This document shows positions 46,789 through 56,414 of a stretch of DNA of 64,000 nucleotides, piece after piece; position 1 is the first letter of the stretch, and the number at the start of each line of letters is the position of its first letter. The stretch spans positions 2,592,001-2,656,000 of the forward strand of contig CBDCTZ010000016.1 of the NCBI GenBank assembly GCA_965222375.1, written 5' to 3'. A program made the position numbers and the translations under genes. The DNA comes from Polyangiaceae bacterium. GTDB lineage: Bacteria > Myxococcota_A > Polyangia > Polyangiales > Polyangiaceae. The notes beneath the pieces were generated by a model, which ran no database searches, had not been told where the DNA came from, and was given only the letters and a program-made list of their open reading frames with translations.

Positions 46789-49700
46789 GATCGATCTCCT
46801 TCAGTCAAGCTGTTGCCGGGACGTTTCCGACGGCAAGTTTTGCGACGCCTTGCGGCGGCGAGAGTGATCGCAGCGCCCAGGAGGGCGAGGCCAGCGGGAG
46901 GCCAGCGGGAAGGTTTGGTGGTGCGGCAGGCGCAGCCGCCGCCACCGGTCGCTAGGCCCCAGACGCCCTTCTCGGGCTTGCTGCTGGTGGTGCGACCGCC
47001 CGTGCCCGTACTGCCACTGACACCCGCGTCCGGATCGCTGCCGCCGACACCGGCGTTGCCACCCGCACCCCCGGTACCACCGGCGCCGCCCGCGCCCGCT
47101 TCAGGAGCCCAGTGACACTCGCCGGCGACGCACTCTTGAGCTGCCGGGCAGACGACGCCTTCACAGGGGTCATTGCCGCAAGCTCCGGTCTTCGGATCGC
47201 AAGTAGCACCGTTGGCACAGGGCAATCCGCCCTCGGTGATGCACTTGTTGGGACCGCAGGAGAAGCCGCCGTCGCCGTCGCCCTGGCAAACCTGCCCGGT
47301 TGGGCAGTCGGAGCCGCAGCCCGTGGCAGTGCAGGTGCCTTCGACGCACTCTTCACCGGCGGAGCAGGTCACGCTGGCGCAAGAGCCGACGCAGCGGGCG
47401 TCGTCGAAGGTGGCGTTGGGCTTGCAGACTTCGTCCGCCTTGCAGGGGTTGGGGCTGCAAGGATCGGCGACACAGACGCCGTTGTTGCAGAGCTTGCCAT
47501 CGGGGCAGCCGAAGAAGTTGCAGTTGCCCGTGGGTTGACAGGTGCCCGCGGCCGGGCCTTGCAGAGCACATTCCTGTCCGCTGGTGCAGACGATGCCGTC
47601 GCAGGGGTGCACGCACTTATTACCCTTGCACAAGCACTCGGGTAGTTTGCCTGCGGTCCCGCTCGGTCCGCACAGGACATCGCCGGTCGTCGGGTCCTTG
47701 ACCGTCTTGGCGGAGCAGTCGCCACAGTTGTCGCTGACGCAGAAGTCGCCGGCGGACTGCTGAGTGCCGCTCTTCTTGACCTGCTTGCACTGGCTGCCGG
47801 TGGGGCAGGGGAATTCGCCGGTGCCGCAAGGCTCGGCGCACTGACAGGCACCGGCCTGCACTTCCACGCAGGTCTTGCCGGGATTGCACAGCGCCGGCCC
47901 GGTGGGCGGATTCTCATTGTCGACCACGCCGTCGCAGTCGTTGTCCGCGCAGTCGCAGATCTCTGGGCTGGGGCCTACGCCGCCAGCACAGGTGAATTTG
48001 CCCTTGTCGCAGATCCACTCGCCTTGCCTGCACTCGCCCTTGTTCACGCCGCAGGCGTCGCCGATCTTGGTGCCAGGCTGCAAGGGGTCTTCGGTGCCGT
48101 CGATGCCATCGGGAGCGGGACCGGACTCGTCGATCTGACCGTCGCAGTCGTTGTCCTTGCCGTCGCAGACCTCCGGGCTGGGCCCGACGCCGCCGTTGCA
48201 GATCTGCCCGCCATTGCCGTCACAGGCAGTGACGCCGGGCTTGCACTCACCCTTGGTGCGGTCGCCCGGGTAGGCGTTGGTGTCGTAAGTGGCGTTGCAG
48301 GCACCGCCGAGGGGGATGCCGTTGTCGATGGTGCCGTCGCAGTCGTCATCCTTGCCGTTGCACAGCTCGGTGATTGGGCCCTGCCCGCCATTGCACTTGA
48401 TGGTGCCGTTGTCGCAGATATTGGTGCCCTTCTTACACTCACCGACGTCGGAGCCGCAGGCCACGCCGACGGGGGGCCCGAGGGCCTCGTCGGTCTGGTT
48501 GTTGCAGTTGTTGTCGGTGCCGTCGCAGACCTCGGGGGTGGGCTTGGTGCCGCCTTGGCACTTCCACCTGTTGGCGCCATCGCAGACGAGGGTGCCGGTC
48601 TGGCAGGGCGAGCTCAGCGTGCCCGTGCCCTGGCAGGTGCCACCCGCAGGCGGACACCAGGTCAGGTTTTGGTGCGAGCAGACCGGATTGCAGCCCGTGG
48701 GAGGCTCGGTCCAACAACCCGGAGCAGCGGGCTGATCCGTCAGGGGTGCGTTGTCGGCGGTGCCGTCGCAGTCGTCGTCGAGGCCGTTGCAGCTCTCGGG
48801 CTGAGGCGGGGTGCCGCCCTGACAGACGATGACGCCGCCGACGCAGGCCGTCGTGCCCTTCTTGCACTGGCCCGTAGCTAGACCGCAGCTGGCGCCCAAG
48901 TTGGGCACGCCCTCGTCGACCTGGCCATCACAGTCGTTGTCGATGCCGTCACAGACTTCCTGAGAGGGGCCCGTGCCGCCGGTGCAGGTGCCGTTGCAGG
49001 GCAGCAGGCCCTTGGTGCACTGACTGTTGGGGAAGCCGTCTTCCTTGTACTTCAGGCTCGGATTGGGCGTGCAGGGCACCGGCGGGATCCCCTCGTCGAT
49101 GGTGCCGTTGCAGTTGTTGTCCAGTCCGTCGCAGATCTCGGACTGGGTGGTGAATTGGCAGGCGCCGAAGCCCTTGGGCTGGCCAGCCGGCACGCAGCCG
49201 CCCACGGCCACTGGGGTGCCCGGATAGCCCGGAGCTGGACCGGCGCTCTGGCAGTGGCGCACACCGGCGCAGTTGGCCGGGGGCGAGAAGCCGCAAGCGA
49301 TGTCGGCGATGCCGTCGTCAGCGAAGCCGTTGCAGTTGTTGTCGCAGCCGTCACAGATCTCGGCGCTGGGCGTGCAGCCGCCCGGGCAAGCACTGAAGGG
49401 CACGCCGGAGCCCGCGGCGTTGTCGATGATGCCGTCGCAATCGTCGTCGTCGTTGTCGCAGACTTCGGGCTGCGGACAGGCCGGGGGGCTGCCGCATTTG
49501 TTGAAGCCCTCGTCGATCTGGCCGTCGCAGTTGTTGTCGACGTTGTCGCAGATTTCCTTGGGGTCGAAGCACAGCCAGGTCGCGGGGTTTTGCGACTGGG
49601 GCACCGTGGTGCAGGGCAGCAGATCCAGATTGCCCTGAGGGTTGGCCGGAGTGATCGAGTTTTGGTAGTTGGTCAGGCAGTTGTTGCGCTGGGTCTGATT

Positions 49701-50963
49701 GGCCCAGGAGCAGCAGGTCTTGCCCGCGCCAGTGTTGCAGAAGTGGCTGTAGCCCTCGTCGATGCAGGTATTGCAGTTGTCGTCGGCGTTGTTGCAAACC
49801 TCGGGCTTGATCGCCCCAGAGATGATGTTGGCCAGGGCTTGGGCCAGCTCGACCTCGTTGCTGGCGACTAGAGATGTCGTGGTGCCACCAGCCGCCGCGA
49901 TGGCGTCCGTGTTGCCCTTGTTGGCGCCAGCGAACCCGATGACGTGGGTCTTGATCTTGTAGTTATTGCTTCCAAAGGTGACGCCAGTGGTGAACATGGC
50001 GGACGCGGCGGCCACAGCGGCCGTCTGGGTATTGCCGGTGCCGCAGTTGGCATTGCCGTCGGTCACGAGCAGCACGTTCAGATCGCGGCATGCCGGATCG
50101 CCCGTGGTCATCGGGGTGGGGCTCGTGGTTGTGAAACCACTTGCGCAGTAGTTGCTGGTGCCCCAACCGGGATTCCAGCCGCTGAGGAAATACTGGTGGA
50201 CGCTGCGCAGAGCGCCGCCCGTTGGCGTGCCGCCCAGGGCATAGATCTCCCTACTGTTGTCCGTGCGCCCGTCGAACCATTCGAGCAGCGTGGCGACGTT
50301 GCTGGGGCCAGGAGGCGCCGTGTCCTGGAGCATATCTACGACGATGTTGCCCGCATTGCGCCAGGTGCCCTTCGCGAAGTTGGGCGCCGGGGGACCTGCG
50401 GCCGAGCAATTCGGGAAGTTTCCGCAGGTTGTGCCCGTGCTCCAGTTCGGAAATGAGGACATGGTGCAGCCTCGAGCCGAATAGAACTCCCCTTCCGTAC
50501 CGAGGGCATTGGGTGGATTGCAGCTACCGTTGGCGTTGGTGCATGAGTCCGTGACAGTGCCGTTCGCGCAACCAGTCATGCGGGTTGCGAAAGTGGAGAG
50601 ACCGAAGTTCACCTCTCCCGCGAAAGCCTGAATGGTTTGCCTAAGCGCGCACTTGGCGTCGTTGAGGCGGGTTGGCTCCATGTTGCAGCTGTTGTTCGGC
50701 GCGGTGCTGGGACATGAGTTGGGCCACTGATACGAGCTGCCGCTCGGATTGGTGCAGCCGAGCATGCTGCCGGAGGTATCCACGATCAGCATGAAGTAGG
50801 GCTTTGCGGGCGGCGGCCACATCGACGGATCTGGTGAAAGACAGTCGTAGGGCTGCGCCTGGCTCTCGCCCATCGGGGATAGAAGCGCGGTCAGGGCTGC
50901 CCCAGCGGTGATCAGCGCCTTGAGCCAGAAAGATCTTCGGTGTTTTGCGACGATCGTATTCAT
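46785..50963 (-). CDS. Surface protein A: vWA domain + Cys-rich repeat stalk + MYXO-CTERM
   Basis: Signal peptide; MIDAS DTSGS..GGTP..VTDG; 11 C..D.(N/D)C.G..D repeats; GGGGCAC-linker-TM-RRRK tail. Confidence 0.9.
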   Translation of the reverse strand: MNTIVAKHRRSFWLKALITAGAALTALLSPMGESQAQPYDCLSPDPSMWPPPAKPYFMLIVDTSGSMLGCTNPSGSSYQWPNSCPSTAPNNSCNMEPTRLNDAKCALRQTIQAFAGEVNFGLSTFATRMTGCANGTVTDSCTNANGSCNPPNALGTEGEFYSARGCTMSSFPNWSTGTTCGNFPNCSAAGPPAPNFAKGTWRNAGNIVVDMLQDTAPPGPSNVATLLEWFDGRTDNSREIYALGGTPTGGALRSVHQYFLSGWNPGWGTSNYCASGFTTTSPTPMTTGDPACRDLNVLLVTDGNANCGTGNTQTAAVAAASAMFTTGVTFGSNNYKIKTHVIGFAGANKGNTDAIAAAGGTTTSLVASNEVELAQALANIISGAIKPEVCNNADDNCNTCIDEGYSHFCNTGAGKTCCSWANQTQRNNCLTNYQNSITPANPQGNLDLLPCTTVPQSQNPATWLCFDPKEICDNVDNNCDGQIDEGFNKCGSPPACPQPEVCDNDDDDCDGIIDNAAGSGVPFSACPGGCTPSAEICDGCDNNCNGFADDGIADIACGFSPPANCAGVRHCQSAGPAPGYPGTPVAVGGCVPAGQPKGFGACQFTTQSEICDGLDNNCNGTIDEGIPPVPCTPNPSLKYKEDGFPNSQCTKGLLPCNGTCTGGTGPSQEVCDGIDNDCDGQVDEGVPNLGASCGLATGQCKKGTTACVGGVIVCQGGTPPQPESCNGLDDDCDGTADNAPLTDQPAAPGCWTEPPTGCNPVCSHQNLTWCPPAGGTCQGTGTLSSPCQTGTLVCDGANRWKCQGGTKPTPEVCDGTDNNCNNQTDEALGPPVGVACGSDVGECKKGTNICDNGTIKCNGGQGPITELCNGKDDDCDGTIDNGIPLGGACNATYDTNAYPGDRTKGECKPGVTACDGNGGQICNGGVGPSPEVCDGKDNDCDGQIDESGPAPDGIDGTEDPLQPGTKIGDACGVNKGECRQGEWICDKGKFTCAGGVGPSPEICDCADNDCDGVVDNENPPTGPALCNPGKTCVEVQAGACQCAEPCGTGEFPCPTGSQCKQVKKSGTQQSAGDFCVSDNCGDCSAKTVKDPTTGDVLCGPSGTAGKLPECLCKGNKCVHPCDGIVCTSGQECALQGPAAGTCQPTGNCNFFGCPDGKLCNNGVCVADPCSPNPCKADEVCKPNATFDDARCVGSCASVTCSAGEECVEGTCTATGCGSDCPTGQVCQGDGDGGFSCGPNKCITEGGLPCANGATCDPKTGACGNDPCEGVVCPAAQECVAGECHWAPEAGAGGAGGTGGAGGNAGVGGSDPDAGVSGSTGTGGRTTSSKPEKGVWGLATGGGGCACRTTKPSRWPPAGLALLGAAITLAAARRRKTCRRKRPGNSLTEGDRS

Positions 50964-53900
50964 CTCGTTTCCTAGTCTCGAATCTTGCGATTCCCGCGAC
51001 TCTTGCGACGCCTTGCGGCGGCGAGAGTGATTGCTGCGCCCAAGAGGGCGAGGCCAGCGGGAGGCCAGCGCGAGGGCTTGGTGGTGCGGCAAGCGCAGCC
51101 ACCGCCACCGGTTGCGAGGCCCCAGACGCCCTTCTCGGGCTTGCTGCTGGTGGTGCGACCGCCCGTGCCCGTACTGCCACTGACACCCGCGTCCGGATCG
51201 CTGCCGCCGACACCGGCGTTGCCACCCGCACCCCCGGTACCACCGGCGCCGCCCGCGCCCGCTTCAGGAGCCCAGTGACACTCGCCGGCGACGCACTCTT
51301 GAGCTGCCGGGCAGACGACGCCTTCACAGGGGTCATTGCCGCAGGCTCCGGTCTTCGGATCGCAAGTAGCGCCGTTGGCACAGGGCAATCCGCCCTCGGT
51401 GATGCACTTGTCGGGACCGCAGGAGAAGCCGCCGTCGCCGTCGCCCTGGCAAACCTGCCCGGTTGGGCAGTCGGAGCCGCAGCCCGTGGCAGTGCAGGTG
51501 CCTTCGACGCACTCTTCACCGGCGGAGCAGGTCACGCTGGCGCAAGAGCCGACGCAGCGGGCGTCGTCGAAGGTGGCGTTGGGCTTGCAGACTTCGTCCG
51601 CCTTGCAGGGGTTGGGGCTGCAAGGATCGGCGACACAGACGCCGCCGTTGCAGAGCTTGCCATCGGGGCAGCCGAAGAAGTTGCAGTTGCCCGTGGGTTG
51701 ACAGGTGCCCGCGGCCGGGCCTTGCAGAGCACATTCCTGTCCGCTGGTGCAGACGATGCCGTCGCAGGGGTGCACGCACTTATTACCCTTGCACAAGCAC
51801 TCGGGTAGTTTGCCTGCGGTCCCGCTCGGTCCGCACAGGACATCGCCGGTCGTCGGGTCCTTGACCGTCTTGGCGGAGCAGTCGCCACAGTTGTCGCTGA
51901 CGCAGAAGTCGCCGGCGGACTGCTGAGTGCCGCTCTTCTTGACCTGCTTGCACTGGCTGCCGGTGGGGCAGGGGAATTCGCCGGTGCCGCAAGGCTCGGC
52001 GCACTGACAGGCACCAGCCTGCACTTCCACGCAGGTCTTGCCGGGATTGCACAGCGCCGGCCCGGTGGGCGGATTCTCATTGTCGACCACGCCGTCGCAG
52101 TCGTTGTCCGCGCAGTCGCAGATCTCTGGGCTGGGGCCTACGCCGCCAGCACAGGTGAATTTGCCCTTGTCGCAGATCCACTCGCCTTGCCTGCACTCGC
52201 CCTTGTTCACGCCGCAGGCGTCGCCGATCTTGGTGCCAGGCTGCAAGGGGTCTTCGGTGCCGTCGATGCCATCGGGAGCGGGACCGGACTCGTCGATCTG
52301 ACCGTCGCAGTCGTTGTCCTTGCCGTCGCAGACCTCCGGGCTGGGCCCGACGCCGCCGTTGCAGATCTGCCCGCCATTGCCGTCACAGGCAGTGACGCCG
52401 GGCTTGCACTCACCCTTGGTGCGGTCGCCCGGGTAGGCGTTGGTGTCGTAAGTGGCGTTGCAGGCACCGCCGAGGGGGATGCCGTTGTCGATGGTGCCGT
52501 CGCAGTCGTCATCCTTGCCGTTGCACAGCTCGGTGATTGGGCCCTGCCCGCCATTGCACTTGATGGTGCCGTTGTCGCAGATATTGGTGCCCTTCTTACA
52601 CTCACCGACGTCGGAGCCGCAGGCCACGCCGACGGGGGGCCCGAGGGCCTCGTCGGTCTGGTTGTTGCAGTTGTTGTCGGTGCCGTCGCAGACCTCGGGG
52701 GTGGGCTTGGTGCCGCCTTGGCACTTCCACCTGTTGGCGCCATCGCAGACGAGGGTGCCGGTCTGGCAGGGCGAGCTCAGCGTGCCCGTGCCCTGGCAGG
52801 TGCCACCCGCAGGCGGACACCAGGTCAGGTTTTGGTGCGAGCAGACCGGATTGCAGCCCGTGGGAGGCTCGGTCCAACAACCCGGAGCAGCGGGCTGATC
52901 CGTCAGGGGTGCGTTGTCGGCGGTGCCGTCGCAGTCGTCGTCGAGGCCGTTGCAGCTCTCGGGCTGAGGCGGGGTGCCGCCCTGACAGACGATGACGCCG
53001 CCGACGCAGGCCGTCGTGCCCTTCTTGCACTGGCCCGTAGCTAGACCGCAGCTGGCGCCCAAGTTGGGCACGCCCTCGTCGACCTGGCCATCACAGTCGT
53101 TGTCGATGCCGTCACAGACTTCCTGAGAGGGGCCCGTGCCGCCGGTGCAGGTGCCGTTGCAGGGCAGCAGGCCCTTGGTGCACTGACTGTTGGGGAAGCC
53201 GTCTTCCTTGTACTTCAGGCTCGGATTGGGCGTGCAGGGCACCGGCGGGATCCCCTCGTCGATGGTGCCGTTGCAGTTGTTGTCCAGTCCGTCGCAGATC
53301 TCGGACTGGGTGGTGAATTGGCAGGCGCCGAAGCCCTTGGGCTGGCCAGCCGGCACGCAGCCGCCCACGGCCACTGGGGTGCCCGGATAGCCCGGCGCTG
53401 GACCGGCGCTCTGGCAGCTGCGCACACCGGCGCAGTTGGCCGGGGGCGAAAAGCCACAAGCGATGTCGGCGATGCCGTCATCGGCAAAGCCGTTGCAGTT
53501 ATTGTCACAGCCGTCGCAGATTTCGGCGCTGGGTGTGCAGCCGCCGGGGCAGGCACTGAAGGGCACGCCGGAGCCGGCGGCGTTGTCGATGATGCCGTCG
53601 CAATCGTCGTCTTCGTTGTTGCACGTCTCGGGAAGCGGGCAGTGGACGGGGTTGCCGCACTTGTTGAAGCCCTCGTCGACTTGGCCGTCGCAGTTGTTGT
53701 CGACGTTGTCGCAGATCTCCTTGGGGTCGAAGCACAGCCAAGTGGCGGGATCTTGCGACTGGGGCACCGTGGTGCAGGGCAGCAAGTCCAGATTGCCCTG
53801 GGGGTTACCGGGGGTGATCGAGTTTTGGTAGTTGGTCAGGCAGTTGTTGCGCTGGGTCTGATTGGCCCAGGAGCAGCAGGTCTTGCCCGCGCCGGTGTTG

Positions 53901-54006
53901 CAATAGTGGCTGTAGCCCTCGTCGATGCAGGTGTTGCAGTTGTCGTCGGAGTTGTTGCAGACCTCGGGCTTGATCGCCCCAGAGATGATGTTGGCCAGGG
54001 CTTGGC
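46841..54006. repeat. ~3-kb direct repeat: 46841-49843 vs 51004-54006 (offset 4163)
   Basis: Visual alignment; shadow ORFs in several frames are identical at offset 4163 (e.g. 48024-48881 vs 52187-53044). Confidence 0.97.
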
Positions 54007-55048
54007 TCAGCTGAGTCTCGTTCGTGACGAACAACGAAGAACCCGTGCCTCCGGCAAGCGCAATGGCATCAGTGTTGGCCTGAGTGCCACCCGCAAAGTT
54101 GATTACGTGCGTTCGGATCTTGAAGTTTGTGCCACCCACGGTCACACCGTTGTTGAACAGGTCGGCAGCAGCCGCCACGGTGGCGGGCTGCCCGTCACAG
54201 GTATCGTCTCCGTCCGTCAGTAGAATGACGTTCACCGTGCGGCAGCCGGGGTCCGAAGTTGAGAGCGGCGAAGGGAACGAGATGCTGGCGTCGGGAGCGG
54301 TCCAGCCGCTCTGAAAGTAGCGCTTCATGTCGCGCAGTACGCCGTTCAGTGGGGTTGCACCTGCCGCGAAAAGCTCAGTGTTTCCGCTACAGCTCGTATC
54401 ACTCCAGGACAACAGTTGCGCGACGTTCGACGGGGGAGGCGGTGTGACGTCCGCTAACATGGGTACTCGAATGAAAGCACCCGCTCTCGTGGCTACGCCG
54501 CCCGGCCGCGGTCCACATCCGGCGCAGATGCCGGTTGTCGTGATTTCCTGCGGGAAACAGGAAGCGGTGCACCCGAAGGAATCTGACAGACAGCATTGCG
54601 AGTTGGGTACCGGAGCACACGCCGCACCCGTAGTGCACTGGCTGGTGCACCCCGCTGGACAGTTGGACAACGTGACGGCGAAGGTCCCAAGCCCGAAGTT
54701 CACCTCGCCTGCGAAGGCCTGCACGGTCTTCGTAAACGCGCATTTCGCGTCGTTGTAGCGGGTGGGAAGAAAGCCGCAGGAGTTGTTGACCGCGCCGCTT
54801 CCGCACTTCTGCGGATACGCGGTCGGCGGGTTCGTGCAGGCGGTCATGGAGCCCGACGTATCCACCACCATCATGAAGTACGGCTTCGCCGGAGGCGGCC
54901 ACATCTTTGGATCCGGCGAGCTGCAATCGAAGGGCTGCGCAAGTGCGACACTCGGCGTCGCACTCGTCAGAGCAAATGCTCCCAGCGTGCACAACGCCAC
55001 GGCGCTTATTCGCGCCAACCGACCGGCGGTCTTAGGGCTAGACTGCAT
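50972..55048 (-). CDS. Surface protein B (paralog of A): vWA + Cys-rich stalk + MYXO-CTERM
   Basis: Signal peptide; MIDAS DTSGS..GATP..LTDG; stalk and tail nearly identical to A. Confidence 0.9.
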   Translation of the reverse strand: MQSSPKTAGRLARISAVALCTLGAFALTSATPSVALAQPFDCSSPDPKMWPPPAKPYFMMVVDTSGSMTACTNPPTAYPQKCGSGAVNNSCGFLPTRYNDAKCAFTKTVQAFAGEVNFGLGTFAVTLSNCPAGCTSQCTTGAACAPVPNSQCCLSDSFGCTASCFPQEITTTGICAGCGPRPGGVATRAGAFIRVPMLADVTPPPPSNVAQLLSWSDTSCSGNTELFAAGATPLNGVLRDMKRYFQSGWTAPDASISFPSPLSTSDPGCRTVNVILLTDGDDTCDGQPATVAAAADLFNNGVTVGGTNFKIRTHVINFAGGTQANTDAIALAGGTGSSLFVTNETQLSQALANIISGAIKPEVCNNSDDNCNTCIDEGYSHYCNTGAGKTCCSWANQTQRNNCLTNYQNSITPGNPQGNLDLLPCTTVPQSQDPATWLCFDPKEICDNVDNNCDGQVDEGFNKCGNPVHCPLPETCNNEDDDCDGIIDNAAGSGVPFSACPGGCTPSAEICDGCDNNCNGFADDGIADIACGFSPPANCAGVRSCQSAGPAPGYPGTPVAVGGCVPAGQPKGFGACQFTTQSEICDGLDNNCNGTIDEGIPPVPCTPNPSLKYKEDGFPNSQCTKGLLPCNGTCTGGTGPSQEVCDGIDNDCDGQVDEGVPNLGASCGLATGQCKKGTTACVGGVIVCQGGTPPQPESCNGLDDDCDGTADNAPLTDQPAAPGCWTEPPTGCNPVCSHQNLTWCPPAGGTCQGTGTLSSPCQTGTLVCDGANRWKCQGGTKPTPEVCDGTDNNCNNQTDEALGPPVGVACGSDVGECKKGTNICDNGTIKCNGGQGPITELCNGKDDDCDGTIDNGIPLGGACNATYDTNAYPGDRTKGECKPGVTACDGNGGQICNGGVGPSPEVCDGKDNDCDGQIDESGPAPDGIDGTEDPLQPGTKIGDACGVNKGECRQGEWICDKGKFTCAGGVGPSPEICDCADNDCDGVVDNENPPTGPALCNPGKTCVEVQAGACQCAEPCGTGEFPCPTGSQCKQVKKSGTQQSAGDFCVSDNCGDCSAKTVKDPTTGDVLCGPSGTAGKLPECLCKGNKCVHPCDGIVCTSGQECALQGPAAGTCQPTGNCNFFGCPDGKLCNGGVCVADPCSPNPCKADEVCKPNATFDDARCVGSCASVTCSAGEECVEGTCTATGCGSDCPTGQVCQGDGDGGFSCGPDKCITEGGLPCANGATCDPKTGACGNDPCEGVVCPAAQECVAGECHWAPEAGAGGAGGTGGAGGNAGVGGSDPDAGVSGSTGTGGRTTSSKPEKGVWGLATGGGGCACRTTKPSRWPPAGLALLGAAITLAAARRRKSRGNRKIRD

Positions 55049-55361
55049 TTGAAAATTCCGTATGGACACCTGTCGCGACTGCCCCGCGCAGCTGGCGACA
55101 AAATAAGGGGATATGACCACGGTACACCGCTGTACCCGCCCCCTCAAGGGGCCGTTCAGGGGGCGTGTCGCACCTTGTCCTACATCGTGACTATGCCGCT
55201 ATCGTCCGTGGTGTCGATACAGGCGAGCTCCCCGGCCACAAGCTCTGCGCCGCAAGCTGCGCAGCAGGCTCACAAACCGCGCGAATCGGTCCAATCCGAC
55301 GCCCTTCAAGGGCGCGTCACTCTTGACGCAAACCCGCACCCGGGGGACCGAAACGACCGCC
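55049..55361. promoter_or_regulatory. Divergent intergenic region with several inverted repeats (candidate operators)
   Basis: GGTACA-N4-TGTACC (55121-55136); CGCCCCCT-N13-AGGGGGCG (55137-55165); CGCCCTT-C-AAGGGCG (55300-55314). Confidence 0.4.
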
Positions 55362-56414
55362 ATGACCAGCGTTGGTAGGCCCAGTGGGCGATTCACCCAA
55401 CACCGTCGCTTGGATCGACTTCGCGAATTATTAGCGCGCCACCCCCGGGGGCTCTCCTTGTATGAGCTTGCCGACGCCCTGGATGTGAGCCCGCGCACGA
55501 TGCGGCGCTACCTCAAAGAGGTCGAGCGCGAGTTCGATTTGGAGGCCAAGCCAGCCCGGGGTGGCGGGGCGCTGCTGTGGCGAATTCGCGCCAGTGAGAT
55601 CCCCCGCAAGGTCGAACTGCGCCGCACCCAAGCCTACGCGATCCTGGCCGCCCGCCGCTTGTTCGAACCCATGCGGGGCTCGGCCCTGTTCGAGGAAATC
55701 GATCTGGCCATCAACAAGCTGCTCGCGTTCGCCCAGCGCCCAGGACGAGGGCCGAACGCCGGACTGGCCGACGCGCGGCTCGAGGATCGCTTTCTCTATT
55801 TGCCGTTCGCGCCGAAGAACTACGCCGACAAGACGGATGAACTCGACGATCTGTTTCAGGCCGTCTCAGACTTGCGTCCCCTTTCTCTGCTCTACAAGAG
55901 CGGCGGCAAGGCGAAGGAAGAACGGATTTTCGTTCACCCTTACGCCATGGTGCTCCATCGTGATGCCATCTACTGCGTTGGCCACCACGTCGACCGAGGC
56001 GAGATCCGCACGTTTGTGCTCGATCGCATGCGCGACACTCAATGCTCCTACACCGAGCGCTTTGCCTTGCCGGATGACTTCGACGTTGGCGAGTATTTCC
56101 AGGGCGAGTTGGGCGTGTGGAAGAGCCAGAAGCGGCAGAAGGTCGTGGTGGAGTTCGACGCTCAAGCGGCGGAATACGTGCGCATGCGCAAAGTGCATTC
56201 CACTCAAAAGCTGCAAGGCATCGCGGGCGGCGGTGTGCGTTTGACCATGACCGTCGGCAATCTGAACCCAGTGACGAGTTGGGTGCTGGAGTGGGGCGCG
56301 AGAGCCAAGGTGATCGAGCCGCCCGAACTCGTTGCACGCGTGAGCACGGAACTCAGCGAGGCGCTCTCTGCCTACAAGAAGCGCGCGCCGCGCAAAAAGC
56401 GGGCGAAGCGCTAG
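55362..56414 (+). CDS. HTH-WYL-WCX transcriptional regulator (PafB/DriD/BrxR-like architecture)
   Basis: wHTH ELADALDVSPRTMRRYL; WYL VHPYAMV....IYCVG...RGEIRTFVLDRM; WCX WVLEWGARAKVIEPPELV. Confidence 0.93.
   Translation: MTSVGRPSGRFTQHRRLDRLRELLARHPRGLSLYELADALDVSPRTMRRYLKEVEREFDLEAKPARGGGALLWRIRASEIPRKVELRRTQAYAILAARRLFEPMRGSALFEEIDLAINKLLAFAQRPGRGPNAGLADARLEDRFLYLPFAPKNYADKTDELDDLFQAVSDLRPLSLLYKSGGKAKEERIFVHPYAMVLHRDAIYCVGHHVDRGEIRTFVLDRMRDTQCSYTERFALPDDFDVGEYFQGELGVWKSQKRQKVVVEFDAQAAEYVRMRKVHSTQKLQGIAGGGVRLTMTVGNLNPVTSWVLEWGARAKVIEPPELVARVSTELSEALSAYKKRAPRKKRAKR

Noticed and set aside
46785..55048. traA/traB or cglB orthologs
   Set aside because: Heads are vWA rather than PA14-like, there is no adjacent TraB (beta-barrel + OmpA), and the proteins are far larger than CglB and are not lipoproteins
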